DNA from: Bugula neritina
Lineage: Eukaryota; Animalia; Bryozoa
Assembly: GCA_964035545.1 (NCBI GenBank)
Contig: OZ037765.1
Span: 32,425,504 to 32,489,503, forward strand
Reading direction: 5' to 3'
Length of the DNA: 64,000 nucleotides
In this document: positions 40,736 through 64,000 of the stretch, in pieces
Layout of the letters: each line of letters opens with the position of its first letter
Position numbering within the stretch: the stretch's first letter is position 1
Notes under the pieces: generated by a model
Databases searched by the model: none
What the model was told of the DNA's origin: nothing
The model's input: the letters and a program-made list of their open reading frames with translations, nothing else
Translations under genes and position numbers: made by a program

Positions 40736-42147
40736 TTACTTTCCACCACTGGCGCCACCAGAGCCTTGCTGTTCTTGTTTACGCTGCTCAGCAGCGGCTT
40801 GCTTCTTCCTCATTGCTTCAGCATCTCTGCAATTGGATTAAGTAATAATATTTCGAGGAGTACAGAAGCCTGGGTATCAGTGAAGGTGATAATGACTTGC
40901 AAGAATAGGTAAGTAACTTGATGTGTAATGACACCAAAAATAATTCCATAGTTACTACTTGTTCATTAATGAAAATGACCATAAAGCTAAATATGACATT
41001 CATTAGAAATAGAAGTGTTGCATCACCTTTCTCTTCTGTCCAAAAGCTTGCCCTCCGGTTGTTTTGTACCTCCATGCTGTTTTTTAAGATTCTTAGCTCT
41101 AGCCAATTCTCGTTGATTTCCGCCTAAAATTACATTGAGCTTTCAATAGCCTTATAACAGATTATGTTTGAATTAATCATGTGCTTAACAGCTGTTGAAA
41201 TAACCTAAACAGCCTTGCCATGCCAAAATAGTTTTATTTTTAAATTACTTTAATGTGACTCAGCTTGGAGTTGTGCTGATCGTAGTGCTGGTAAAGTGGT
41301 CATGATTTCTGGAATGGGAAGCTTGGAGCTTTCTGCTTACAGTCAGGAATTGAAATTATGTGAAAGTGAAATTCAAAATGTTATATATTATAATTATGGT
41401 AAACAATGCAGTAAATAACTCGAGGTATTAAATCTACCTTGAATACTAGCCTACTAAAATGCTTTAGTCAGAATAAGTATAGCTCATTGACTGTAAAAGT
41501 GTATTCGATTCGGTATAAGCAACTCTTAAGAGTTATATTTTAACTATTCTATTTCAACTATTGTGATAGCGAGTTTGCCAAATGCATATTCATATCCATA
41601 TTAATATTGATAGTTATTACATTCACCACAAACATCATGATTACAATGAAGTAAATTTAATTGTTCTTCCGAATAAAGAAAATTAAAATATATTTTTTAA
41701 GTTCATGAGTGAAATACTTCAAATTCTAGAAATTTCAATCCTAATATATTTATAGTTATACTTATACTTATAGGCCACTCCGAGTCTGTCTTTCACTCAT
41801 CGATGGGCGAATGAGACAGACCGAACAAAAATTTTAATTCACTTTCAATCATTCGATGAGTTATGATTTAAGAGATCCAGATTGACTTTGAGAATGAGTG
41901 TTGTAGTTTTTTTATTATACTAATACTTTCAATCACTCTAGTCGGATAGTTACACTTATATTCGTTGTCCGTAAAATTGCCACCACGATCACACTGATAG
42001 TAATAGTATGCTGGTGTGATACTAATTCTATTTCTAGTTCTTGTGAAACTAAAAATGATCATATTGATATTCATATCGATAATGATTTAGAGACTCCAAC
42101 TCCAAGGCTACTGGCAAGTAGTAGTACTTAGTAAACTTACGAGCCAT
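40736..42147 (-). CDS. SERF: Small EDRK-rich factor (SERF/4F5/MOAG-4 family), 64 aa
   Basis: Exons 42147-42141 (ATGGCTC), 41123-41027, 40826-40736 give MARGNQRELARAKNLKKQHGGTKQPEGKLLDRRERDAEAMRKKQAAAEQRKQEQQGSGGASGGK; diagnostic MARGNQRELAR start and RDAE.MR.KQ motif. Not in the ORF track. Confidence 0.95.
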
Positions 42148-44667
42148 GTCTCAACTAACACCCGTCACTCACTAGTCACAACTTGAAGATATCTACTTTC
42201 GAGATCAAATGTTAAAAAAATTTCAATTCAAATGTTTGGTGTGTATTTTCACGTTTAAAGCTGGAGAAGTGAGTTACATTTAATAATTAACCTCAGTATC
42301 TGGCCTACAGGAAATTTTTCTAGTATCGTTCTTGTAAAATTTCGTTTCTGATTGGTCGCTCATCTTTTCGTAAACTGTGCAATGCTCCATCGAAAGAAAG
42401 GAGACAACTCTTGTAAAACTTGGGTTTCCATATAACACTATTACGTAATATTCTTCGGAAACGAAGCTTAATATGGATAATGTTTCACCAAAATATGATA
42501 GGCCTATTATTTGAACAATTTATAAGTTAATATTATACTTTCATTACCTAATTTTTAGTTGTTCTTGACAGCTCATTAGTTGAGTTCAACTGAAACTGAA
42601 AATTATATTATAAATTGTTTATTTTTAGCATGTATTATACTTGATATTCACTCGATGGCAACATAACTGCTTGTTTTTTAGTAACATCTGCATTATGTGA
42701 TCACTGTACAGCAGATTGCACCATGTTCTTATTTTCAATTGTTTACGTTATCTAATTTGTCCCAGAGAGGGCTATAGTTTTTTATTAACCTAACTTTTTT
42801 TCGAAGAAGTTAGATTGAGCTTGGTTAACCTGCCACTTATTTATGCGTATGATTTGCTATCAGTGAACAATATACTAGCTGATGCGTCGTTGTATTATAT
42901 TGCCTTATCTTCTATAGATAACCAGATTCACATGTGAAAGTCTTATCACAGGTGACAAAGGATAGATAGTGTTGCATTAGAGGTCAATGTGATGTGTATG
43001 TAATATGCAGTATGTACTGGCTAGAAGTCATTGTTTATCTTGCTATACACACAGTTAATATAGCAGTTGCCGTATAATAGCTACAGTGTACAGTATCACT
43101 GGTCACCTCCCACTTCTGCTTGTGAAAGTTGAATTCAGAGAGGCGAGAAGCTGTCTGGTGAGTAATGCTGACTCGGCAGCACTACATGCTGTGAGGTCAA
43201 CTCTAACATAAACTTCAGTTAAAGGAATTTACTTCAAGAAAGTGTTTTGAATTTAATTTACTGAATTTCTTGACACTGTTTAAATATCTTTGAGCATCGT
43301 TGAGTAGTAATGTCAAGTTTCTGACTGAAACATTCTGGCATTATTGACTGTGTCATGTTTAACTATATGACACTGTGTTATGCATTCAGTTGTTTTATTT
43401 ATACTGTTGATCAGTTTTTAGGCAAGATTAAGCTAATGAAACCCAAAATCAAGCATAAAAATAGTAGTAGATATAGTTTAGAAAGTATAGAAGGTAACTA
43501 GAATGTACCGTGCTCAAAATATTATAGTATTGAATGGGTATAAAAAATTTGTTAGTCCTTCATCAGATTGTCATAGATGTTTAAATTATTTGCTGCAATT
43601 TTACCTGCGACTGCTGATTTTTAGACCATATAGTTAGTGCTGCACTAGATATAGTAGTATCGATACATATAGTTCTGTTGCAATAGTTGCCAATAACTGG
43701 TTGCGAGATTTAAGTTTAAAAACCATCGCAATCGTTACACATATGTTTGGTTCATTTTCTTATTAATTCATGCGCTATTAAATAAAAGCTGGTCCAACAG
43801 ATTTCATTATTTCGGCGCTGCTATGTTTGATGCATAGGGTATGTCACAGTCATATGTCATTTACATTTTTGGTTTAATATAACAGATTACTTTATATTAT
43901 GTAGTTTAAAGTTATAAACTAAATATTTAAACAAAACTTAATCAATTATCATGCTTAATCTCTTGTAACAGCTGATTAGGCAACACATAGATATGATATA
44001 TAATATAATATATTAAGTAATCAAAAATTTGAGAGAAATATTTTAAAAATTACTTGGCGTTCATATTTAGTTTGAATATTGGCTACTAGTTATTGTTACA
44101 ATTTATTTATGTAGAATATAATATTGTTTATTATAACTTATTTGTAACAATGAAAATATATTCACAGTTATAGCAGTGGATGTATGCAGACCAAATAAGC
44201 TAAATCAATGTCTTCTATGGCTATACAGTTCAAACTATTAGCTAGAAATTCTCTTGCTTTTGGGAGTTGTCTTTATAATTTACTTACAATGCATTGATAT
44301 TAAAAATTGAGAAGAAAAGTCCAAATTTCTGGTTTGCAGCATCTTTACTGGAAAGTTGGTAGTATGAACAACTAGGCAAAGCACAATGGGCTAAGCTGGT
44401 GGCTGAAACCCTAATAAGTTCATTGATAATGTCGGGAAGAGTCCCCCTTCCCTTTTCCTGTGCAAGATTTGATACACCCAAGCTATGTTTTCAGCATAAG
44501 AGACGTAGTTTAAAAATACCCTATAAATTCATAGAGTCTACGAATATTTTTATAATGCTGTCCCCCATATTTTGGTACATTACTTAAAATTACTGTGTGT
44601 GTTAATTCTGTTAGATTTTCAGGAGTAGTGGGTGTTATTTTGTTTTATGATGTTATAGTTTGTCAAG

Positions 44668-54407
<9,740 letters not shown>

Positions 54408-55589
54408 CTAACACTAAAGATCCAAGGCTATAAACTGAATGAAGAAAAGATTAATTATTAGCCTTAGAGACACGCATACTGAATAATACTAACTCTGTAT
54501 ATTTTCTATGTTATTTTGAAAACTCACGTGGCACATATTCTATTCACTTAGATCAAACTTCCTCTTTTGGGGAGAATAGTTATTTTCAATGCTATAATTG
54601 AAATGCAAACAGCCAAAGTTTATCTTTATTTATGATTCGTTACCATTTATTTAACTTTTGACTATTGTTCATCTACTCTAACATTGCAACTATTTCTACA
54701 GGGAAATCACATTAATTACTTATACTCAGTGAATTGTTTTGAAGCCCCCTGACATAAAAGGGTTATTGTTCATAAAAGAATATTTTATCAAAAGCTCGAG
54801 CTGTATGAATAAAAGTTAAACATCTGTTAGAGCAGACAAATTGCAGGATTTATTAACTGTTCACCAATACACTGTCGCACTTAATTAGCCAACTCAATCT
54901 TTTGCTAATTGTTTACAGTTATGCAAGAAGAATTGATTTGTTTAGTGAGAGTCTATTCAAGTGAATTGATACGTGAATACAATTCCTTACTTCAAAACAA
55001 AAGAGTGTTACAATAGCAAAAGCAATGCTCACTGTACATCAGTTGTGACTTCAGCATCAGACTAGGAGAGTGATTGATTTTTAGTGAAGAAAGTGTCGAA
55101 AGTTTGATTTAGTTGTTTTAATTGAAACCTGCTCTTCCATAAGCAGTTGTAAAGCCTACAAGTTTTATAACTTGCTGAAAAGCTTTTAAGGTGAGTGAGA
55201 AGTAAAAACACCTGATGTATATGTATTAATATTCTGTTTGTGTGGTATAATAATTATCTGTATTATAGTATTATTCATATGTGTTATGGTATTGTTTATC
55301 TGTAATATAAAATTATTTACATTTATTATGGTACTGATCACCTAGATTATGAAGTCATATATAACTAATGGTACTATTTAGCTGAGTAAATAAACTAGTA
55401 GTAGAATACATATTGTTTGAGGATATAACAACATTTGCGATGTACTGTAGCTTATCTAAATATAAATTATATTATCAAATTATTTTACTGGTTTGTTGTC
55501 TATAGATCAGCTTGCATGCCTAATATTTATTGCACTATATATAGGATATATTAAAATATTTTACCATGAAGTTGACTTAAAACATGTTA

Positions 55590-55789
55590 GGGAGCAGACA
55601 TGGTCTAGGCCCTAGGGGATAGAGCATTTGCCTAGTAAACACAGAGTCATGGGTTTGAACCCCATCCAGTCATAATTGCTCCTGTGCCACATATGAATAA
55701 GTCCTTAGCCCATACAATAAACCCCTTCCATCAGGGGTTTTCTCACAGGGATGTTAACAATAAACTAGCGTGAGTTTTTATTCATTTAT
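55590..55789 (+). mobile_element. tRNA-derived SINE copy (plus orientation), 9-bp TSD
   Basis: Flanked by aacatgtta (55581-55589 and 55790-55798); reverse complement of the other copies. Confidence 0.8.
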
Positions 55790-56095
55790 AACATGTTAAG
55801 GTTTGTTCAAAGTCTCCATTCCTGTGAGAATATCCGAGAGTAACATTTCTTTAAATTGATCCAAGAACTGTGTTTAATGTGGCACAGGATTTGATGTTTT
55901 TCTTGATATCATCTGTAGTCCTGCCACCTGGTCCAGACACATGGCCTAGCACTATACTAAACCATTGCTCTAACCACTAAAGACTATGCCTGTTCCATAT
56001 ACCATACTCATTATATTTAACATTAATGTTTTAGGCTCTTGGATGTGGGAAAACGTATTTGAAGTCTTCATATTTAAACATCATAGCAAGAAACC

Positions 56096-56437
56096 ATGTC
56101 TGACGAGACAGCTGCAACCGCAACGGAGGGTCAGCAACCAGTAGACAGGAAGTTGACAATAGCGCTGGTAGTGGTGGCACTGGTTGTGTTCATCATATTA
56201 GTTTCCATAGCGATTGTTATTTTTGTTATTAAGAGAAAACGTAGACGGATTAGAAAGAAGGAGCAGAAGGTTATTGAAGCGCTAGGAGCTGAGATACCGA
56301 GCAGTGTACCTGATATGAAGAGGTCAAAGGATTGGGATAGGGATATAGCATCAGTGGAAAATGCTGATAGTCAGCAGAAGGAAAGGCAGCAGCAATCATA
56401 TGTTAGCACTGACAGCATTGAATTCGAAATTGACTGA
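56096..56437 (+). CDS. Small single-pass membrane protein, 113 aa, function unknown
   Basis: Good start context (accATG), long hydrophobic helix followed by KRKRRRIRKK (positive-inside), acidic tail; candidate 5'UTR intron from donor 55191 to acceptor ~56034. Confidence 0.75.
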   Translation: MSDETAATATEGQQPVDRKLTIALVVVALVVFIILVSIAIVIFVIKRKRRRIRKKEQKVIEALGAEIPSSVPDMKRSKDWDRDIASVENADSQQKERQQQSYVSTDSIEFEID

Positions 56438-58039
56438 CAAGTCAGCCATAAACACAAAGATCTATAAATAGCAAAAATTTCAGCAGAAGATCTTACCGTT
56501 AGAAGAAAGTATAAATAGAAGAAGTTTAATTAGTAACAGTCATATTTTTTTAAAATTTAGATGTGCACAAATTTACACAAAATTCAGTATTAATAATCTA
56601 TTCATTGATCATGAGTCTTACACGTATGATTAAACATTATCTGACATTTTAAACACTAAAATTATTTTACAGAACAGCTGCAGAATTAGGCATCTTCAAT
56701 TAATTTACCTGATCTATGCTTGCAATCAACTTTCTAACTTTGAAATGAACTCCAAATCAAATTATGAGTGACATTTGTAATACTAAAATATTTTTGCATA
56801 ATATAATCATGAGGTCAATATATGGAACACATATTACAATGAAATACACCACCTATACATCTACACTTTGTATTTTAGATAAAAATGTTATTTGCTCATA
56901 TTTCCTAGTCAATCATATAAATAATCACAATATATCCCCTCCCTAAATATTTAGTTATTTGTAATGTTAAATAAACCATATGCTTTATGTTAAAATAAAA
57001 AGATTAGTAATTTTCATCAATTATAATTTATACAGTTTCAGTTGTGTGTGTATTACCAGCAATACCTTATAATTTATTTTCACACCTTTTACAACCCTTG
57101 GCTTGTGCAAGTGACGTAAGGTAATGTGATAATAATATTATATTTATGCTATAATAAAAATATTGTTTGGCTGAATGTTTGACATCATGGTCACTTTGTA
57201 ATGTGTTGATTGTGCTTTAATAAAGTTAATTGAATGCATAATTGTGCCCGGAAATCAATTCCATCTTAGCATGTATATAATCAGATGTAACTGATTTCGT
57301 ATTTTAATTTCAATAATTATTAGCATATTCTATATAAGGAAACATGCTTCAGTAAAGTGCACCAAACACTTTAGGCTATATTAGAAATTGAAAGAAGAGA
57401 AAGAAAGCTATACATAGCTATTATAACGCTTTGAGATTAATTTGTGTTAGTTTGCAGTTTGTTTAACTTGCCTTGGTGTGTAGTAAGGCCCTCTGGCTAT
57501 GCTACTTTGTTAATGCCATTCTGAAGTTTGTGCAGGCATTATATAACCAAATTTAAGTCAGTAAATTGCAACATATAAGTAACAATAAAGGTTTCCTCGC
57601 CCGAGTATCATAAAATATAAAAAGTAATTATATGAGTATATATCTACGCTACTAAAGAAAGCAAAAGGTGCAATTGCATTATCATTTATGTTTATGCTTT
57701 GTTGTTGTTTATTTATTACAAATTTTCATAGATCATGTGCTCTGTAGCTCTCGACTTATACTTTGAAGTTATCTTTGTATAGTAAACTTTAAAGCCCTTT
57801 ATTAATAATCGTGTGGTAATCAACAAACTTACGAAACAAGGTTTTTGTGTGATCAGTTGAAGATGTAGCTTGTCCAGTCATCATATTTGTTACAACTTCC
57901 TACTCATTTCTGATTTCTCACATTGTGATTGTGATTCTCATACTCGTTCTGTTGAATTTCTGACTTGGTATTTAGAGAATTGTTATAGGGTTTAATAATA
58001 ATTTGCCTGGTTCAGTAAATTTGCTTGCTTGCTATAGCC

Positions 58040-60682
58040 ATGACCAAAATTAAAAAACGAAGACGTGCAAAAAAGTATAACTACAAAACTGACCGACGAA
58101 AGCAAAATATGAAGGCTAAAAAGCTGCCAACTATTGAAGAGTATGTTTAATGTTTTGTTTTAGCAGTAGTTAGATTCTATTTATAAGTGAATATTTTCGT
58201 TTAACTTTATGCCATTGAACTTGAAGCAACGATCACTTGTCGATTCTCATTGACATTCTGACTGTGATACTGATAGTCATCAGCCATGTAGTAATCTGTA
58301 ATGCTTAAGCCTAAGCGGCTAAGCCCTAAGGCTAATGGCAATGCCCGTTACTGTTAATCGTTGCTAATAGTAATGGTCATACTCAAAGTGATGGCAATAG
58401 TGATACTGATACTCGTAGTGATAGTGATGCTGATAGATAGTCATACTTATTTAGTCATTGTCATAGTGATTCTGGAAGATAACTCAAATTGAAATTGACT
58501 AAAAGTAACTACTAGTAGTAGTACTTTGCTTAACATTTTAACTTAACTGGAATTTAGTAAGATTAAAAAATCAAATTAATAATAACATAGTCATAATGAT
58601 AGTGATAAGACTTTTACTTTGGTTTACACTTACCGACAAGATCATCATTATTATCAATATGAATATGAAAATAAATAAGTATAACTTGAAGGTGGAAGCT
58701 CCTTAATACAAATCTTATGCCATTTCTTACTAAATTATTTATTAGATTTATTATCAGTAAAAACATCGTTTAAATTGTTGTAACTTCCCTGCTAAACTCA
58801 AAGATAAAGTATTTTTAAGACTGTCACGATTACAATTTGAATGTTATGTTCAGTTACTATTTATATTGCGGTATTACTATTAATATTGTTATTAATATTG
58901 AATCAGCATGAATTATTTTAAATATTTCACTCAAAGGTAATAACTTAAATAGTTGTTGTTTTAATAATAAATTATAGGAATCGTAATAGCGATTCTGACT
59001 AACCACTGTTTTGTTAACAACTTGGCCAAATTAAATTAACTGGCAAGTCAAAAGTTTTGGCAGTCAAGTTGTGGCTAAATCAATATAATTCATGATCCTG
59101 AAGATGAGCTGTTATACAAGTTACTTGTAGTTATTGTAGTTATCATAAGAAAATTTGAAAGTTTGGCGGATTCTCACTTCGAAGAGTATTGAAAATGTGT
59201 TTATATTCTACAATTTGAGAGAAATAAGCTGCCCTGAAGTATATCATTTAATCTTAATGCATTTAAATAGCACCTTTGCCCTCCTATAACATATAATTTA
59301 TTTGTATGATGCGCATATGCAACCTTTTGTTACAGAAAGTCTATAAAAACGGAATGGAACCAAACAAAGAGTCTCCGTTACAATATGGAGTCTATGGGAT
59401 TGAGCTTCGACCCTAATAACTCTGTGTCTAATGGTCAATTCAATGTAGGTGATCGCTAATATTGTCTCTAATGTTGGTCTAGATCTGTAGAGAAACTGTT
59501 TTAGTTTTGTTTCAAAATTAATTTGTTTTTTTTTTAGAAAGCTAGTGCTAAGTCCAGTCATCAAGTTCCCCTTGAAAATAAGGAAGCAGTACGGAAAAGT
59601 ATGTAAAAGTCTTCTTTTTAAATTCTCTTTCACGCTATTCTCTTTTTATCTGTCAGCCTAATGTGGCTCAGCTGAAAAACGACGAAATTTTGTAAAAAGT
59701 GATGTAAGTAGTTATTGATACATATGCTAAGCAGTGACATGCAGTTGAAAATAAAGCAGACTAAATGTAACTGTAGAGTTGGAGGAGAAAGCTGCTCTAC
59801 CAGAGGCGTTCAACTTGAGACTATCTGAGCCCGAGACACAGTATGCTATTTATATGTTCGAGAAGTATGGAGAGGACTACAAGGTACTACTAGCTCTACG
59901 TGATGAGTCTTACACTGGCTTTTATTATTTTATTATTCCGAGACCCGAATTTCCGTTTGAAGTCGTAATTTAGCCTCTATGTGTTGTTTCTGGCAATTGG
60001 GAATTGCTACAAAATCTCTAAATCAAAAGTAAATCTAGCGTTTACAAGCATACAAATAACTTTAATGAATTATTTAGAGCTCCAACTTCCTCCTAGTGTT
60101 AAGTTGCGTACATTCCTCTAATTCTATACTGCATATTATATTGTATTGATGTGTAATGAGCTGAAGAACTTTGTGAGATGATAGCTTGGTAAATGAAATG
60201 TTTGTTTGATTTCATAAGAGTTGGAGAACCCATGCTTTCCTTCTAGCAAAGGTTTTATAGGCTATTTCAGTAATTGGCTGTACATTTCTAGACCTACCAT
60301 CTTCATCCCTTTATAGGAATCATCACCTATCACACTTGTTTGCTTTTTAAAACAATTGTGTACGGCATTCATATGAGATTAGAGTTTATTTGTTGAAATT
60401 AAATATTATTATTTCAAGCAGATTCATGCGGTAGTTTTCTTTCCTTTAGGTAACTTGTTGGTTTTCACTTAGTAATGTGTATGCTTTTTCAGTATTGTTT
60501 ATTTCAAGTTTCATAGCTGTATAAATATAAACTCGCAGGCGATGGCTAGGGATAAGCGAAACTATTACCAAGATACTCCCAAACAGATCCAAAAGAAGAT
60601 ACAGAAGTTCCAGAAGATTCCGGATTTATATGAAGCGTATAAAGTAATGAAAGAACAGGAAGTTCAATCTGGTAACCGGTAG
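58040..60682 (+). CDS. NOP16: Nucleolar protein 16 (~173 aa, 5 exons)
   Basis: Exons 58040-58140, 59336-59444, 59538-59598, 59777-59883, 60539-60682; motifs WNQTKSLRYNMESMGLSFDPN and KYGEDYKAMARDKRNYYQDTPKQI. Confidence 0.93.
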
Positions 60683-61846
60683 CAACCAGTTTATACACTA
60701 ACACAATTCGTGATACGATGACCGTTTTTGTAAATAAATTTATATATCTGTGTTTCAGTGTGTTTTTAATAAAAGTAAAAAACTCAGTTTTGGCTCATTT
60801 TCAAATCTTCTGCATTTGCTAAAATATAGCTGATAACGAGACTCAAATTTATTGATTCTAAATAGTGCAAACTATATTATGCAGAAAATAAATCCTATGT
60901 TTACTAAAAGCTAAAAGAATCACCTCATAATACCATTTATTTCTCTACATTGTATATTGAATGATATATTTAGAGTGTGAAAAGCACTATTGGTTATTAT
61001 CAGGTTTTTCAACAAAAGTGATGCTGACAAAATGATTTTCTAAAGCAGCAGTGTTTTTGGACATTAAGGCAATGACTTTGGAGTTGTCTCCACACAATAA
61101 AATTGGACTTTTCTGCAGTTGTTTTGCTGTTGGATATTTTTAATAGAGCAACAAATTGAATTTGGTGCAGAAGATAATTTACAGATTTGTCAGTTAGTCT
61201 TGGGCATTATAGTGTACACCAGATATATTGTTTATTGAGTGATATAGTTGTATTCTTCAGTATTTCTATGTTGACCGTCATCTTTTACAGAAAGCCAACA
61301 TTTGAAGCGGGTTTTTTTATTCTTTCACTGAGTTAAATGTTCTTTTGCAGTAATCAATAAATCTGGTCAACAGTGCATTTGCCATAAGCATCGTTTGTCC
61401 AACTTTATTTCCTTTGAAGTTCTTAGTCATACTCAAACTCAAAAAGAAGTTCTTAACAATACTCAAACTCGAAATAAAAACAAAAGCAGCGTGAATTTAT
61501 TATGACAAAACAATAAAATAGTTTACAAGAAGACTAGAAAATACATATCAAAATAGTAATAAATACAAAAATCAAACTTGAGCAATCTTGTAATGCGTTT
61601 GCATACATTGCATGAATAGAAAATACTCTTCAGTGCACTTTTGTAGCAAGGTGTTCATTCACATTGTGCCATAGCATTCTCATACCAACAGAGGTCTGCG
61701 TGTATAGCCGTATATAGTGAATTATTAGTCATTTGGGATTTGAAAAATAAATCGTAGCTCACCATTTCTTTTGCATGCTCAACAATCAGCATTGCAATTG
61801 GATAATGGTATTTTCACTCACTGAGTCTTGTTGGGCGAATTTTAAA

Positions 61847-63897
61847 TTATCTTACGATAGGCTGGGCCAACTCACCTATTCGAGGTGGGCAATAAGCATT
61901 TAGGGCTGTTCTACTGATGATGAAAGCGTGAGGGTTGAACTGAACGGAATCCATTGTCTGTCTTATAATAGGAACTGCCAACTCTTTGGTCCTGGAGCTA
62001 GCCAATGCATTCTTAGCATTGCGAGTGACAACGCGAATTAATTTAGGGAGCTTTTCCGACCCGGCCCCATAATCAAAGTTGAAATGATAGCCTTCATATA
62101 GAGGTTTACTTCTAGCTAGCTCAAGAGTACGCGGGGAAGCTGTGGCTTTTCTAGCATTACGAGACACCTAGAACCAGAAACATTAAAATAATAAATAAAA
62201 TGTCTGATACATCCAGAAGTAAAGTTTTCAGCGCTACTAGTTCTTTGTTTGCATCTTAAGTTGCCATGACAACGAAGACTGTGGGCAGTTAGCTTTATGC
62301 TTCAAAAGGTAAAAATAAGTTTAGCCGTAAAACAAATATGCTTTTGCCCACTATAATCATTGCTGAACGCAGTTTTTTCAGGCCTGAGCGCATACATGGC
62401 TCACACAAAATTTACCGAAAATATACCAACACATCTTCAAAAAAAATGCTGAAAACTTATTATAAGATGCTGGTGCTATAGTTGTTGTACGTATGGAAGT
62501 GTAAACCCACTGGTGGTTGTCTACCAGCTTTTCTTACCTCCCAGAGAGCCTCTCGGAATAGTTTATCAGACCTTTCCTTTGCTTTAGCCAACTCGTCTAC
62601 ACGATCTGAACACCTGGCAGACTTAGCTCCAGGAGCTAGGAGATTGGGTAAGGGACGCTCTGGCTGGTAGTCACTGTGATACTCCTTGTGTCTAGCTAGA
62701 GTGTTGGTCTTCGGTCTTTCTTCAGCTGATTGCGCTGCACTGCCTACTGGCCAAATTGGACTCTCTCGTCCACAACTGTACGTGTATTGATCTCTAGAAA
62801 TATTATATGCAAATGCGGATGATTTCTAAAGTGTTAAAGCAGCACACGGAGTTTTGTGTGTTGAGGCTTGAAAGATGCTTGGCTCTAACTTGAAATATTG
62901 CATCAAAAATGTTGATGTTTGCTCAACTTAGGTTTACATGATTTATAAACTTTAATTTGATGCTTGGGTACAAATTTTACAATCAAACAACTTTTCAAAC
63001 AATACACTCAACCAGAACTAGCCTCTTCACAAAACCTACAGCTGGATAGCTTGGTGTTACCATGACAACTGGTATAAGCTACAGACCATAAGAGTATTTT
63101 TATGAACCACTTAGTAGCTTTGAATAGACTTCAATACACTTCTTGCATAATTGTGATTTTTGTACAGCTCAGTTTTCTGTCGGTCAATTATTTTATACTC
63201 TGAATTACTAAACAGAATTATTGAGCAAATCAGCGCCTGACTTATAATTTGAAATAATTTAGTGCATTATAAGCAGTTATTTAATTTAAATATGGCCATA
63301 TCTAGTTCGTGAATCTAGATCTAGTTAAAGTTGCACTATCAATCAATAATTTTCCAATTTCTTTCAGTTATACATGTATAATAATAACTTATATATGAGA
63401 TATCATGGCTCCAAGCACACATCTGTTAGTGTTGTGCAATAATTCTCATCATTATTGACTTTCTAATTGCTACTTTTGCTCTACCTGGTTTTACTAAATT
63501 TAGATGCCTAGTATCAGAATGTATAACATCTTTATAACTAATAGTATGTTATATGTGCAAATTTTAGCGCAGCTTGATTTATCTTACTAATTTCACCATC
63601 TTAGTCTGAAGCGTGTGTTGGTCCACCCAGCATTGAAAACCACAAATACTTATAAAGTATTACAAGCTAAGCACCCTGCAAATATGCATGCAGTGAAGCA
63701 TATTTATCCCTCCCCCTCCCCCCACCTACAATCAGTTCTATCTATAGACATACTTGTGAGGTCTGTCTCTGAACTGCTGTACAGGTTCCTTAGGAGTGGC
63801 CAGTTGCTCCAGTCTCGGTGTACAGGCAGCTGTTTTTGCTCTGTCAGCTACTAAACTGATTTGTGAATCTCTCCCACAACTGTAGTAATACTGTGAC
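61847..63897 (-). CDS. THEG: THEG/SPMAP2-like protein with THEG repeats (3' part; gene continues beyond the window)
   Basis: Exons 63897-63754, 62793-62538, 62167-61847; repeated R..ELA.PK units (RLEQLATPK, RVDELAKAK, RTLELARSK, RTKELAVP, RIGELAQP), two of them preceded by SCGR.S.I motifs. Confidence 0.8.
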
Positions 63898-64000
63898 CTG
63901 TAATATACATTGTAATACTGTAGTGATTCTGTGATCTGTAATATACATTGTAATACTGTAGTAGTACTGTGACCTGTAATATATATACATATATACATTG

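Noticed and set aside
59298-59633. 111-aa minus-strand ORF (similarly 40709-41127 and 62482-62670)
   Set aside because: Antisense or off-frame shadows of NOP16, SERF and THEG exons.

Overview
AT-rich, intron-rich animal genomic DNA; the gene content suggests an invertebrate, probably a lophotrochozoan, but the species cannot be fixed from sequence alone. Most short ORFs in the supplied track are single exons, antisense frames or microsatellite noise, so gene models were built by hand from GT-AG sites and reading-frame phases. Bases 1-34 kb hold a tandem array of three intact 8-exon paralogs, each 400 aa, encoding secreted PAN/Apple-PAN/Apple proteins with an unnamed C-terminal domain. The array also has the relic of a fourth copy, a kappaB-type site plus TATA box upstream of two copies, mosaic (gene-conversion-like) homology, and variable segments. 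It carries a degenerate 3.3 kb Academ-type transposon whose empty site is visible in a paralog, a TTAA-flanked MITE and tRNA-derived SINEs. Bases 36-64 kb hold SMN (+), SERF (-, tail-to-tail with SMN; the two genes are also neighbours at the human SMA locus), a ~722-aa type I membrane protein with ependymin/LolA-like repeats (+), a 113-aa single-pass membrane protein (+), NOP16 (+), and the 3' part of a THEG/SPMAP2-like gene (-). A complete type I hammerhead ribozyme sits in a highly structured ~270-nt element inserted in a (TA)n tract in an intron at 48.9-49.2 kb.
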